The notes under the pieces: model-generated
Databases searched by the model: none
What the model was told of the DNA's origin: nothing
What the model saw: the letters and a program-made list of their open reading frames with translations, nothing else
Made by a program: the position numbers and the translations under genes
Origin: Lingula anatina
Lineage: Eukaryota > Animalia > Brachiopoda
Length of the DNA: 64,000 nt
Assembly: GCA_051362555.1 (NCBI GenBank)
Contig: CM120646.1
Span: 1,116,001-1,180,000, forward strand
Reading direction: 5' to 3'
In this document: positions 1 through 12,651 of the stretch, one piece after another
Numbering within the stretch: position 1 is the stretch's first letter
How the letters are laid out: every line of letters begins with the position of its first letter

Positions 1-3000
1 TAGGCTGCTGCAGCACCTCTTGGAGAAGAGTGAGTCGAGTTTCTGAAATAAATCAAGAATCTTTATAATATCCCATTTTATGCAGAGGGTGGTGTAAAGG
101 TTTGATAAATCAGTCTGAGATTATTCATCATTTTTGGCCAGTGGCAAATTTTGTGATCCCCTTTAAGTTTTTTTGTAATAAATGAAAAAATGATTACTTT
201 TTTATAATATAAACTCCAGAGATCACTAGCAGGATATTCGAGTCTTAGAATTACAGTAAACCACAAATGCATATATTTCAAAATGTCTACATCAATTTTA
301 ACACTAATCCATCTTGTTCCAATATGAATATGCATTTGGTTTTTATTTAAACTAAGAAAAGACATTGATTTGGCAAGTTCTTAAGTGTAAATTTGATTCT
401 GAGGCAATAAATTGGCAGGTGTCAATTCAGCAGGAGTACCTGGGAGTAACAGGGGGGCGTTGTCTAGCCTCTACTTCAATCACACACTGGTGCTGGCTCT
501 CCAGAGACTTCAGCAGACCATGGCCTAGTTGCTGTCTTGTCAGGAAATGAAACATGCCTGGAAACAAACAATGGTATTCAGTGATAAACAGAAGGCTGAA
601 GCAATGAAGAAGTGCAGAAAGATAAAGCAAACTTATGGCTATGCTGTAACACGGGTCATACTGAAAATTTGTCATCTTCTTTCAGGGACAGATTCTTGAT
701 TTTTAGTAAAGGAAAGGGGTGTGTGAATCCCAGTACGCCATCCCTGCCAATTGTGCCATTTGCCTTGGGTTTCACATATAAATATATATATCTTGTTTAA
801 ATACAACTCTACTCTATCCCCCAACCCTACCCTCCAGCTGCAATCCTACGTACATAATCACATCAAACACAGTCACACCTAGCACAGTCACATGTAACAC
901 AATAACATCTAACACAATCACATATAACACAATAACATCTAACACGGTCACATCTAACACAAGCACATCTCAAACAATCACAATCCCCCACACAGTCACA
1001 TCTACCACATTACGTTGCCATGGTTACATACCTGGTGTGGACCCTTGGAAGGTCACATGACCAATCTCTTTGAGCAGTTTGTTCACTTCATCTTTAAATT
1101 GTTCCACATCTTCCCTTACTCCGCTGACTGTCAGGTGATTGTCTTTGAAATTAAAGCTTATCCCCATCTTGGTCTTGGGTTGCCTGAAAAGATCATCATT
1201 TATTATGCATGTAACTAAATGAGGTTAAGGTAGTAAAAGTGCACTCAGAGCAGCAGACTAACAGTTGACATACTAGAAGAGAAATGTCATGACATTGTCT
1301 AATTTTAAAAAGAATACTTGGGTGTTTGGCAAAATAAAGAAACATACTGGTATAGTACTAGAAAACCATTGTAATAAATTGTTTCAATACTGGTATAATA
1401 TCTTAATTAAAGTAATGTTTAGACTCAAGCAATCCAAATCACTTTCTACTAAAAATGAAATACTTTTTTGACACTTATAATGTTGACAAAAACTAGTTAC
1501 ATTATCCCCAAACAACTATTGACTGAACTTAACTTTAATAAACTGATAAAAACTAAAGTGTTATCAGACTGACCTTGACCTCTGTCAAGGTCACTGCACA
1601 GGTGATTAACACCATGCACTTACCTCACAGCGCCTTTTATTCTAGCTTCACAGTGAGTCTTTAAATAAGAAAGCTTTCCTCTTTTGTCCACTGGTATTGT
1701 TGATGAAACAATGGTGTTTTCCTGAGAATGAAAAGTACATACAATAGTGCAACAAATAGCAATCCCACTTGTTGTTAACTTTAAATACATTTACATGTAC
1801 CAGTGCCAGTATATCTATATTTCACAGAGTAGTAAGTGCCAGCTGCAAACTTTACAAACAACAGTGAAATATCATATAAATTATCTAAATATAATCTGAT
1901 TTGGTATCAAACTTAGCTCTGTAACAGAAAATTAAAATTATAGAAAAATTTATTTCAAGCAAAGTGTTTTGTATCTGAAAAATAAGTAGTAAAGCAACAT
2001 CCAAATAATTAAAATTGCATTCTATAATACAGACAATTACATTCATTGTTGTCAAAAAAAAAAAAAAAAAAAACACCTTAACAGTCTGAGATGTTTATTT
2101 TACCTGAAAATATTTCTTAATTAGGATAAAACCTGTGGTCACGTCTTGCTTTAATCCTTCTATCACTACCTCAGTGGTGTCACATTCAATAACTGCATTT
2201 CTTGTCTGGTTAAACTTCTGCACCATATCTTTTAATGTTTTCATTTCCAAAAGGGGCTGGCTTTCCTTTTGTACTACATGTTTCTTACTGTCAGTCAAGG
2301 CTATGATCACTTTGATCGTCTCATCAGCTACAGTTGCATCTGGAAATATACATTTTGAAAAATACTAGTTCCACTGCTATATTTGTATTACATTCAAGAG
2401 AAATAAATTTTCAATATTATTTTTGTTTCATTCATCCTTGCTGAAATGGGCTGGCTAAACTTCTCTACTTGGAACTTAAGTACATCTATCTGAACATCAT
2501 TCCTTTGTCAGTGTGTAAAATTTAAGTAATGCCTCAAAGTACAGTACATTTAAGTACATTATTAGAGGAAAATGGTAGATAATATTACCAAGATTAATCT
2601 AATTTTAAAAATAATAATATCTTGACATTTAAAAAATTAAAAAAAAAAACGGAAAAAGGAGAATTCAAATTAAATCATAAATTGCACAAATATGAAAAGA
2701 TGCTTCTAAAAAAAATTCATAATATAAAAAACTTAAGGTGCTTTTATCTCACCAAATGCTGTCACAGTTAATCCATCCAGCCCCAATGTCCACTCGACCT
2801 TGAGCTGTTTTTTAGACACCTCTCTGTTGATAAGGTCCCTCACTGCAGCATTCTTGAATACATTTTGTAAACGCTGTGACAATCCCCATGTTTTCTCAAC
2901 CATTTCATCCATCTTTTCATATACCTGCAACAAAACAGCAACAATGTTTTATAACTCATTTGTCTACAATACTCCCCATTAATTATAACTGATGACTGAT

Positions 3001-6000
3001 AAGACAGGCCCAAATACTGAGGTCCAACTCAAAAATGGGCTTATGGATTGTATCAGTTTTGAATATTACAGGTTAATCCTGGTGATTAAAGCTAGGGTAA
3101 ATTCCGAAAATTTCAAGAAAATTTATAAATTGTATTTTTGTGACATAAAAGTCTAACACTCAATCACTGACTGCCTTTAGAAATTACAAGAAAATGTGAT
3201 TAACTACCTCTATCTGGGATTTCATCACTTGGTCCCTAGTCCCTCGTATCTCTACATTTGTATCTTTAATTGTCACATGCTGTAAGTTTTCTCTCTTTAA
3301 CAACAAAGCTTTTGCTTTTGTTTGACATGTAACAGTTGCCATCTCCAAATTAGCCTGTCTTGAATGATCAGTTGGTGACACCTGTTGGCCATTCTGAATG
3401 TTAGAATGGCGTGTATGGCTCATTTTTGCATCCACTGGTAAAGAGGGCAGGCTGCGGCCTTCCATTGCTTCCTTCCATGAGAACCTGGGCTGCTGGGATG
3501 TTCTAGCTGGACTCTGCTTTCGACCAGGTGACCCAGGTCTGTTTTGGTCATTGTGGTTAAATTTCTCATTGAAACGACTTTCTAATTGTGAGTCATGGAT
3601 ACTGCAGTATATGCCACTGCTCAATGTCTCATGTGGTTCCTCTGCAGCTGGAGGCCGAGTTTGAGCTGGCGGTGCCACTGCAGCAGGGTTTCTGTTGGAC
3701 ACAGGTTTCACAAATACATAACCATCATCTAATCCTAAAGCATGTGGCTCTGGTTCAAGATATGTTTCAAAGCCTATAGGGTCTGGATCACCAACCAATG
3801 CTCTTGTTGTATTGGCACTGCCATACACTGATTGTGGAGAAGACTTCACAGGTAAAACTGTGGCCATGGGTTTCATTTCACTCAAAAGAGGATTGAAATT
3901 CACATGCTTATTGGTTGGGGGTAATAAAGATATATAAGCATTGGACGTCTGTTCTTCCTCAATGACAGCTTCTGGGCTCTTCTTTTCAGTGGAAACAGTC
4001 TCATGGCTTGGAGAATGGACCCTCTGAGATGCACCATTGTTGCTGAAAATTTATATTGACAGGCACTTTGGTTTCTCATATAGAGTTATGCATGTACCCT
4101 TCATTTGCTCATTTAGAATACTAAAAACCATACATGCATGTCAAGAAAAAAAGCAACTTGCAATGATAAATTAGACTATGTAAGTGTAAAGAAAAAGTCC
4201 AATGATCTGTTCTGATAAATGACATGCATGTATGTATAAAATTGCTGAAAGACCAGTTAAGTGAGTTAAGATACATATATCTGTTACAACAAATAACGTA
4301 CATCTAAATTACATGATCCTTAATGTAACAGGCACAAAGGTACACACGCACACACACACACACACACACACGAACGCAAGCGCATACACTACGTGATACA
4401 CTGATTAGTTATTTTCTGTGTCACTGTTGCTGTGGCCACATTCACAAACAAAGTTGGTTTGCAGTCTAACAGATCTGCTGATCAAATATGGCTGATCCAC
4501 TTGAAAGCACACCGCGTAATCCCTGCTTGATCTACTCAGTGTTTATTGGGGAATTATGCAGCAAGTTTTCAAGTGGGTTGGCCATATTTGATCCTTGAAT
4601 CTGTTAGTTCACAGACCAACTTGTACTGAATGTGCCCTAGCTATCTCATTACTTCAGTGGTCTTTCCCTTAGATGAATGGGATCAGATGTTGGGGGAAGG
4701 GCCCTATTGTTAAATTACAATACAATCAATACAATGCATTTGTACAATACAATACACAACAACACAAACACAGACATACCTTGCTATGAGTCCCGTGGCC
4801 TGTGTTTCTAGCTTAAAACTTCCCAGACTAACTGGAATGTGACCTTCAATAGATCCAAAATAACAAGAAACATTACACAAAGACTTTGAATAAATCAAAT
4901 TTTATACTCAGATATTCAAATATTATTGTTAGGTTACAAAACTGTTTTAACACATTTTAAAAAATGTGTGTTAAAATGGACCCATTCAATTCCCTTACAA
5001 AGTACATTTGCTGCCTTTAACTTTTTTCTAAACTGTGACAGTCATGGTTTTATCACTCCAGGTACTGTAAGTTTATTGTTCAACACAACACCCAATAGCT
5101 TGTAATTGGCATGATTTCACTAGAGATGACACCGATTTGCCAGTATTTAGACTTGTAATTGTCATGAATTATACAAACCCTATATCAAAATGTCTGACAT
5201 TTCTTTATTTGAAATTCTATAATCCCTGCAATGTAATTTCATTCAAACAAAAAAAAAAAAATTAATACTTTTGGTACAAATTTTTACCTGGTGGTTCAAT
5301 GTTCCCGTCTACATTGTTCAAGTCCTCACCACCAGATGTCTCTAGGTGTGCAGGAAGTCCCAGAAACCTGTTGTGAGCCACAACATCAACTGGGACTTTC
5401 AGCAATACATGTTTCCTGGCTGTTACAGTTTCCACAACTGAAAATGAAAACATTAATCATCATAAAAGCACTCTGTCACTTAGCTGCCAAATCATGCAAT
5501 AGTCACGCAGATACATGTAGCACGCTTTCAGTTTCATTTTATTTCAATGACTTCTGTAAGTTTGTATACTGTTTTTTTTTTTTTTTTTTTTTTTCACATC
5601 AGGAGTTATACTTAATTGGTCTGTTTCACTTTGTACCGACATCACAGCCAATAAATTAACTTATACCACTGCTGGCACTTCATACAATAGGATAATTGCA
5701 CTTGTATTTTGTTATGGTTTGCTTTGCAGTGTGAAGTGCCTAGATATAACTACATGTACCCATACTCAATATTATTACGCTCTCATATGACTTATACAGT
5801 GAACGCCTCTTATTGTAAGTGGCACACACTTTCAAATTAAACAGTAGGAGGCAAACTTGTAAAAATCTTGTGAAAGGAAGAAAAAACTCTGTGCATATTA
5901 ATTAAATGGTATCAGACTACAGTAGTTCACTACGCTGTGCTGCTCAATCAATGTGAAAAGGGTCTGAGAGTACATACACAATTACAAGTTTAAGAAGATG

Positions 6001-8421
6001 TACTAGTGCAATCAATCCCAGCATGTGCCCCTTACACTGCATATACTTGTACCAATTCAACTTACCTTTTGGGTCTTCAAAGGTAAGCACTGCATATCCA
6101 CGATCCAAATTACACAGAGTCAAAGATTCCTCTATCTCCCCTCCACCAACTTTCTCCTGTGCAAAATAAAGCTCCACATGGTCTTCAGTGACACCTTTTG
6201 GTATGTTTGTAATAAGAATGGAGTCTATAGGAGGCGCTTCTGTTATAGACAAGACATTCCCATCAACTGGTTTAGCATCCTTAACTAGGTTTTCAATATC
6301 TGGAAAAATTCAATGTATCACATTCAAAGTTAAAAGGACAGAAAAAAACTAAACGTAGTAGAAGGAAATTATTATAATGTACAAAGTCTCATGTTCCTTT
6401 TCTTAAAATGCCCATTTATACAAAATGGCACTAAAGCACTAAAAGACATGCATTTCACATATGGCATATTATATTAACAGTCTTGTACTGCATAATGCCT
6501 GATAAACAGATATCCATCACAAAACTGGGTTTGTTTTATGCACTTAAGTACTACTTTTGGTCAATATATTATTTTGAAGACCTAAAGAAAATTGATATTA
6601 AATAAGGCATAGCCAATACATTGATCAAAAGCCCAAAATCAAAATTAAATTATCGGTTTGATATACACAAGCATAAGTAGCTGTTAATACAACATGAATG
6701 TATTTATGTCCTTCAAGATGACATCAACAGTAGCAACATTGCTGTCATCTGACATTGTTGTTATGTACTGATACAATGTACTATAATAGTAATTGATAAT
6801 ACAGAATACTAAGTATGTGCCCATTTCTCTGTTTGGACAAAAATCAGCAATTACTTCACTGGTCAATATTATGTTTGGTGATGATGTCATTAGTTATATA
6901 TTGTTTTAACCTACTTTACAGTCCCATATGTAACTTTTAAGACAAACCCATAGCCTGGGGGGGGCTAGTGAGGGGGGATGGGGCTAGTGAGGGGGGAGGG
7001 GGCTAGTGAGGGGGGGGGGGTTAAAACAAACTGCCCATTTTGTTCAGAAAATGTTTTATCTGGGTGAAGTTTGATCTAGGTTTATAACATTTTTTTCCAA
7101 AAAAGAACCCCATCTTTGAAACTGCTGTCTAGGGCCTGTATGATCATAGTCATATACTTATTACAGTTATGTACTTACCATGTACTTATTATAAATATGT
7201 ATACATTTATTTATCACATCACAGAGGCTCCATACCTTCTATATCTTGGCCTAAGGCCACCAAGGCAGACGTCTTATCAGCACTGTACTCTATGTGTGTG
7301 GCGGGGTCAATGTCTACCCCTCCAAAATATTTCTCTAAGAAAAGACTGAGTGTATCGCCACTGGTCTCAGGATTCAGATTCTGGAGAAGAATTGAATATA
7401 AGAAATGAGAGACAATGAGAAAGAGAGACTTCACACATGAATCTACCAACCATTGTTCATCCTCATTTAACCTGGAAGTTATGCATAAAACTAGTGCTTT
7501 CTATAGTTTGATGTATTACACAATGAGTATGCTCCCAAACTTACCACAGTTGGATTTATTTTCTTTTTTTGCAATGTTTTTTTAAATCCATTCACATGGT
7601 AACAGATCAGTGTAGTTTTTGTCTCTGCTATTCAGTTTCATTTTGGCAATAAAGCTAGAGATGGTATGTTGATGCTTTTACTAGAAACTGTAAGTCCATT
7701 CAAAAAATGAAATATTATGAGAACTAAGGTGATGTCAGAACGAACATAAAAGAATCACTAAGTACAAATTAACTTTGAATCAATTGATCATAGCCAAATA
7801 CATATCTGTAATTATTTTAAAAATATGTCGAAAATAAAAGACTTACACATATAACTTTGGGGCATACAGTACTGAATTTATAATTGAGCACCTATCTAAC
7901 ATGCTGACACCAACAGGGCACTGAATGGTACAGCTGATATAAGTCCAGAAAATGCATCAAATTTGATCTAGCTCAGGTGACTGTTGTCCTTTGATTTACA
8001 ATACTCTTTTCCTCCCTTGTTAGCAGGTTACTCAATATTGCAAAACTGACATTGATTTTTTTTCTTTATAACTATCCTTCAGCTGCATATTGATACTTAA
8101 ACCATTGCTTCATCCTATTTTATTTTCACTTTATGGATTTTTCCTTCTCATGTCCCCATCTATTTAGATGAGGCCAATTAGGCAACAAGGTGTAATATAA
8201 AGACCATTTACGTTGTGAAAGCTACTGTTTTGAAACTGCTAACACACTGACTTCGTGCTAAATGAGCTTTCACATAATAACAATGAACATTGGTCATCCA
8301 ATTGGTACAGACGTACCAAAATTTGGAGGTTTACAAACCAGTGAATGACTATAATGTCAAATGCACGAGTACGAACCTTCACTAGAATTCTGCTACACAT
8401 TGTTTCGCCTTACTTCCACAT
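1..8421 (-). CDS. PARP14/PARP10-like mono-ADP-ribosyltransferase family protein, N-terminal part (RRM-like and KH-like domains); 3' end runs off the left edge of the window
   Basis: GT-AG exons that join in frame: 8414-8421, 7236-7471, 6066-6299, 5288-5437, 4780-4843, 3208-4042, 2753-2924, 2104-2339, 1624-1721, 1032-1183, 440-557, 1-42. Two PARP14-type RRM-like repeats (SILLQNLNPETSGDTLSLFLEKYFGG..; SILITNIPKGVTEDHVELYFAQEKVGGGEIEE..GYAVLTFEDPK..VTARKHVL) are followed by a disordered insert and KH-like segments (VEIRGTRDQV, VVIEGLKQDV, LTVSGVREDV, LESQHQCVIEV). Macro, WWE and catalytic domains are not in the window, so the family call rests on architecture. The first two exons are less certain. 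Confidence 0.75.
851..1011. repeat. Degenerate minisatellite (CACAATCACATCTAA-like units), intronic
   Basis: Repeated acacaatcacat/acatctaacac units; the same motif recurs at 46733-47012. Confidence 0.7.
4434..4637. mobile_element. Palindromic non-autonomous DNA transposon (MITE, PIF/Harbinger-like ends), old copy
   Basis: Ends ggccacattca...tgaatgtgccc. Internal inverted repeats gatcaaatatggc/gccatatttgatc and ccacttgaaa/tttcaagtgg. Core shared with 54833-54998. Confidence 0.6.
6944..7138 (-). mobile_element. Decayed copy of the CAGGCCCGTAGCC-ended non-autonomous hAT-like element
   Basis: Reverse complement reads caggccctagacagcagtttcaaagatggggttcttttt...acctagatcaaacttcacccaga, matching the copies at 18399 and 33592. 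G-rich repeats lie at the other end. Confidence 0.55.
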
Positions 8422-8514
8422 TCAGCAAATCGGACTCATCCTACAGCATGTCTTGTTGAACTGTAAAACTTGAAAATAATTTCGATATCAAAGTACACTG
8501 AGCTACAAACAAAT

Positions 8515-8769
8515 TTCCGGAAGCCAAAAATAGACTGGCTGAGAAAAACGGAAAGTTGGGAAATGCCCCAAACCATTTGTTTTACAATTCATTAAACCTT
8601 AAAAACAACTGATTTTAAGTTTTGAGACAGTAATGTATCTACATTTATTAATCTATATCACGGACGTATTCTCCAACATGCGAAATAAGCGTCAAACTTA
8701 CCCAAATATTCAGCTTGTTTCGTTTTCACAATGGAGGTCCCAGCAATGTGACGTCAGGGGGAATCCCCC
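8515..8769 (-). promoter_or_regulatory. Proximal promoter of the PARP14-like gene with ETS, IRF/ISRE, CRE and NF-kB motifs
   Basis: CCGGAAG at 8517-8523; AACGGAAAGT at 8547-8556 (IRF-like); GGGAAATGCCCC at 8558-8569 (kB-like); GAAAACGAAAC on the minus strand at 8717-8727 (ISRE); TGACGTCA at 8749-8756 directly abutting GGGGGAATCCCCC at 8757-8769 (near-palindromic kB site). All lie within 350 bp upstream of exon 1. Confidence 0.65.
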
Positions 8770-11068
8770 AATTGAAACGAGGCTCACAAATGATTAAAGA
8801 GAGCTTCATTTTGAGGCTCACCAAAAGCATTTTCTTCCATTGCGTTTACTAAATAGCGCCAAGGAGGGGGGGGGGGGGGGGGGGGGGTCCGCGGATACGA
8901 CCCCCCCCCCTCTTTGGCGTGGGGTGAACGGTGCCATTTGGTACGGTTTAGAACTATATGGTTCAGCTGGTAAAAATTCTGATTTCAACAGGGGACTTGT
9001 GGATTTTTTCAGAAAGGACCCCCCTGCCCCCCTTAAATCTGCCACTGAAAAGCGCTTACTTTATATGTCTTTGTAAGGTAAGCAGGGGTTACATCTACCC
9101 CCCTCCCCAAATCCGAGTTTTTTTTTTTTTATTTTTTATTTTTTTTTTAGATTTTATCTTATTTAATTCTATCAAGATTTTATTTAATCTAATTTTATTT
9201 TATTTGTCACTATTTTTTTTTGGGGGGGGGGGGGGAGGGGGTGCAATGTATTTGTAAAGTGATAGTCTTTTTCCTTTCGTTCAGACTTATTTTTCCTTCG
9301 TTCAATTATATCTTGGGTAAATTAAGATGTACATTGCACTAGCGTGCATGTATATATACATGTACACTAGTTTTGCGGATGCTAAGGGAGCGGCACGTGC
9401 TAGTGTAACGTGACAGAGAGTCCCCTATGATAGAGAGTCTGCTTTCCATTCATTTAAACAGGTAAGCCTCGTCCTAGATTTTGACACAGGCTAACCCTAA
9501 CCATAATAACTAAATTGAATGCTGTCTTTTTGTTACGCTGATCCTCAGTGTCGTTACAAGGGCTGTGCCCCCCCCCCTCCCCTGGGCCGGCCTCTGCATA
9601 ACTGTACTGTTAAAATCCTGGAACATGATGATTTTCTTCATGGAAATTAATGTGAAGCTCGCAGGCAATTTTTTTTTTCACAATCGGACGATGAAATCGC
9701 GGTTTAGATAATCACAAATCTGCAACTCTAAGTCGCAAACAGCATTGATCGTTTATCACAAGCTTTACAATGTTATTAAATCAGTTTTAAACTGAAGGAA
9801 GAAAAGTGCATACTGGGTAATCTAATTATGCTTTATGTACACTTGATGAAATTCTAATAACAATCTAGAGACAATGATGTTCATTTGGATATAAATAACG
9901 TCGGACTAAAATATAAGTTTCTGCGTTTTTCGTCGCCCTTGACCATTTAGCATTCGATATGTTAGCCTTTTTATATGAGAACGAGTAGATATTGCTTGCA
10001 ATTAAATTATGATACATGTATAAATGTCTGCTGAACAATCCAAATACGTATATACAAAATTCATGAAAATGCGTAATACAGTCAATTTTCTAAGATTTTA
10101 TCATAGAAGCAGGGATTAGAAAGAGCGTTTTCCTTAATATAGGCCTAGTGATGACGGTTTTGGGCGAACTTAGTCACCTAACGTTTTTTAATTTAAATAA
10201 ATATATGACTCTAAAAGCTGGTGCAAAGTTCTCTTGGCAAATAGAGATACGTGTGGAGATAACCCACTCTTGCTTGTCGGCAGCTAAATTTGGTAAATCA
10301 ATCCCCGTTGCGTCACTTTTCCTCGTGGCATGCGCCCCAGACAGCATCATTTCGCACCCCGGAAGTAACGTAGGTTGTCTCCAGGTCCAAGGTTCTGTTA
10401 TACGTGCAGTGTCATTAGAACTGAATTTTATATACAGAGTCGTCTTTTTTTTAAGTTCAAGGTTTACACAAATCTCTCTAGCGAATGAAGCTGATGCAGT
10501 ATTAAATGCATGGCTTTCAAAACGCAAAATCACGTCAGTCATCTGTTTTCTTAATTTTATTACTGTGATGAAAGATATAACTTCATTCTTAAATGTTTTC
10601 CGTATAAATAAGGTCTTTCAAAAGTTTTTCTTCCTTCATTTGAAGGTACGCCCGCCATTGCCTTGGTTTAACTACGTCCTGAAATTGTAAAAAAAAATCT
10701 AAAAATATGAACGAACTAAGGAGGAAAAAAACCTTTCAATATCCAAATTGCATACAGTAAAATCTCAGAAAATGTAGAGATGTTGATGAACCCAGGGCCG
10801 GATCAATGTATAAGCACACAAAGCTAAGGAGAAACCAAGCAGTCGGGGTAAAAATATAAATTTATATGTAAAAATTTAAATGTTCCAATATGGGGGTACC
10901 ATGGCGCTGGTGATGCAAAGACCATCACAAAACCAAAACTTGACCCTGGAGATATCCGCCAGTGTTTGAAATGTCTAGATACGAAAGTACCTTCATATCT
11001 AAGATTAATTTGTCTGTCATACATACTTTTTAGAACCATCTTATAAAAAAACATGTCTTGAAAATATC

Positions 11069-11465
11069 TTACCCGCCAAACCGAGCATATGTCTTTGCGT
11101 ATCCATTTTCCAAAAGATAAAGATCCCATTCTTCCAATAGCTTTTTGCATTCTTCGGTTGTGCAGCCTCCTCTTTTTATCATATATTTTAGGTACCAATT
11201 TCTAGAAGTAATAGGATTAATGTATTTACCAATCAGCCTCGATGTTTCCTTTTTATTCATAGAAATAGAAATAAATATCCACGTTTATTTCATCTAATGC
11301 TTTTTGCATCTACATTATTGTTAAGACAACTTACTGGAACTTCGGAGGTATTTTATTCCAAGGGACGCCGTCCACCTCAGTTGGTGCTGGGATTGCCTCT
11401 GTACCTTGACAGAACATCAGGAAGAACGCCAGGGTCAGCGCCAGGAGGAACACTCTTTCTACCAT
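11069..11465 (-). CDS. Small secreted neuropeptide-like precursor (87 aa), family unassigned
   Basis: Exon 11335-11465 (ATG, donor GTAAGT) and exon 11069-11201 (acceptor tacttctag) join in frame to give MVERVFLLALTLAFFLMFCQGTEA-IPAPTEVDGVPWNKIPPKFQNWYLKYMI-KR-GGCTTEECKKLLEEWDLYLLENGYAKTYARFGG*. It has a hydrophobic signal peptide ending T-E-A, a KR cleavage site, CxxxxC, and a C-terminal RF-G-G. The last residues may differ if the donor overlapping the stop codon is used. Confidence 0.75.
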
Positions 11466-11544
11466 GTTAAAGCTGCGATGTAAATATGGAAGTCCCTATT
11501 TCAAAAGATGTAAACATTTGAATTAATTGTATGGTCACTTTGAA

Positions 11545-11711
11545 CAGGGGCGGATTTAGGCCGTCTTCTGGGTCTTCCGGAAGACGGTCAGATTTTTTAG
11601 TTTACATTGAAGGGTATCTAATTTTTTCTGTCGGAAGTTGGTCAAAAATGGAAAATGGATAACCAAATATAATATGGAAGACTGTCAGGAAATATTTTGG
11701 ATCCGCCCCTG
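11545..11711. mobile_element. Non-autonomous DNA transposon with CAG ends and 5-bp TSD (hAT5-like)
   Basis: TIR caggggcggat...atccgcccctg, flanked by TTGAA at 11540-11544 and 11712-11716. Confidence 0.8.
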
Positions 11712-11864
11712 TTGAAGAGTAAATGTATGCCGATCCAAAACGAGGTTTGGTGGATGTGTTAGAGAAGCTTGGGTAAGAAAACCAACGCAATTTGTTGTGG
11801 CAGTATGTTTAGGAGATTACTGTGCGTAGCGCTGAACAATTAAATGATGTTGACTATAGTCGCA

Positions 11865-12651
11865 TACCCTCTACCAGGGCGAGTGATAGATTTTTTTACA
11901 GATATTCACAGATGTGTCTCTAGCTAGATAGATGGTCATTTAGGGCTGAACTCACCCTGTTGAGGAATCTCATGTGGAAACAATTATCTCTGCGCGCGCC
12001 AAAGGCTTTGTACTTGCTCTGCATGAGCTGAGCTTCACAACGATGTGATAACTGCTCGTTACGCAACCAGTCTAAGGCTTTATTATCTGTCACAGAAGAG
12101 CAAGTGATTGAAGTCAGAGTAATTAACTGTCTTGATTGCTGTCACGCAGACTTAGACTGGATCTGCTAAATGGCAGTGCCTGAGCAGTTATGCAAACAAT
12201 TATCAGCCATGTAATCAGCCTTGAGATTTCTCAACAGGGTGAGTTCAGCCCTAAATGACCATCTATCTAGCTAGAGACATATCTCAGGCCTACCCAACTA
12301 CCAGACTCGGCACCGAATGATCCTGAATTCACCGGTAGATCAGACCACACTACCCGTTTTCAAGGTGTGTGTCAGATTGCATTACACAGTATCATACCCT
12401 GAACAAATTTTGAGTAGTGATGCAATGCTTTTCAACCCTGCTGAGAATCGTCACTATCACAGCGCGTACTGGGCAAGAGCGGTGTCGCGTCTGATACTGT
12501 GTAATGTGATCTGACACACACCTTGAAAACGGGTAGTGTGGTCTGATCTACCGGCGAATTCAGGATCATTCGGTGCCGAGTCTGGTAGTTGGGTAGGCCT
12601 GTATCTGTGAATATCTGTAGAAAAATCTATCACTCGCCCTGGTAGAGGGTA
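11865..12651. mobile_element. Foldback MITE with long TIRs and 9-bp TSD (Mutator/MULE-like)
   Basis: TIR taccctctaccagggcgagtgatagatttt...aaaatctatcactcgccctggtagagggta, extending inward for over 100 bp. TSD ATAGTCGCA at 11856-11864 and 12652-12660. The right arm is interrupted by a second element. Confidence 0.85.
12285..12601. mobile_element. Nested foldback element with about 110-bp near-perfect TIRs and 5-bp TSD (hAT5-like ends)
   Basis: caggcctacccaactaccagactcggcaccg...cggtgccgagtctggtagttgggtaggcctg, flanked by TATCT at 12280-12284 and 12602-12606. Removing it restores the outer element's right arm. Confidence 0.85.

Noticed and set aside
8818-9257. Gly/Pro-rich ORFs
   Set aside because: They arise from poly-G/poly-C tracts of a truncated CAGTGGC-ended transposon fragment.
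10148-10690. 180-aa plus-strand ORF and overlapping 122-aa minus-strand ORF
   Set aside because: No recognisable motif; the plus-strand ORF begins at a GTG. The region is the likely 3' UTR of the neuropeptide-like gene.
10824-11198. 124-aa minus-strand ORF overlapping the neuropeptide exon
   Set aside because: It is an alternative frame with a TTG start, and the phase-2 donor of the signal-peptide exon selects the other frame.
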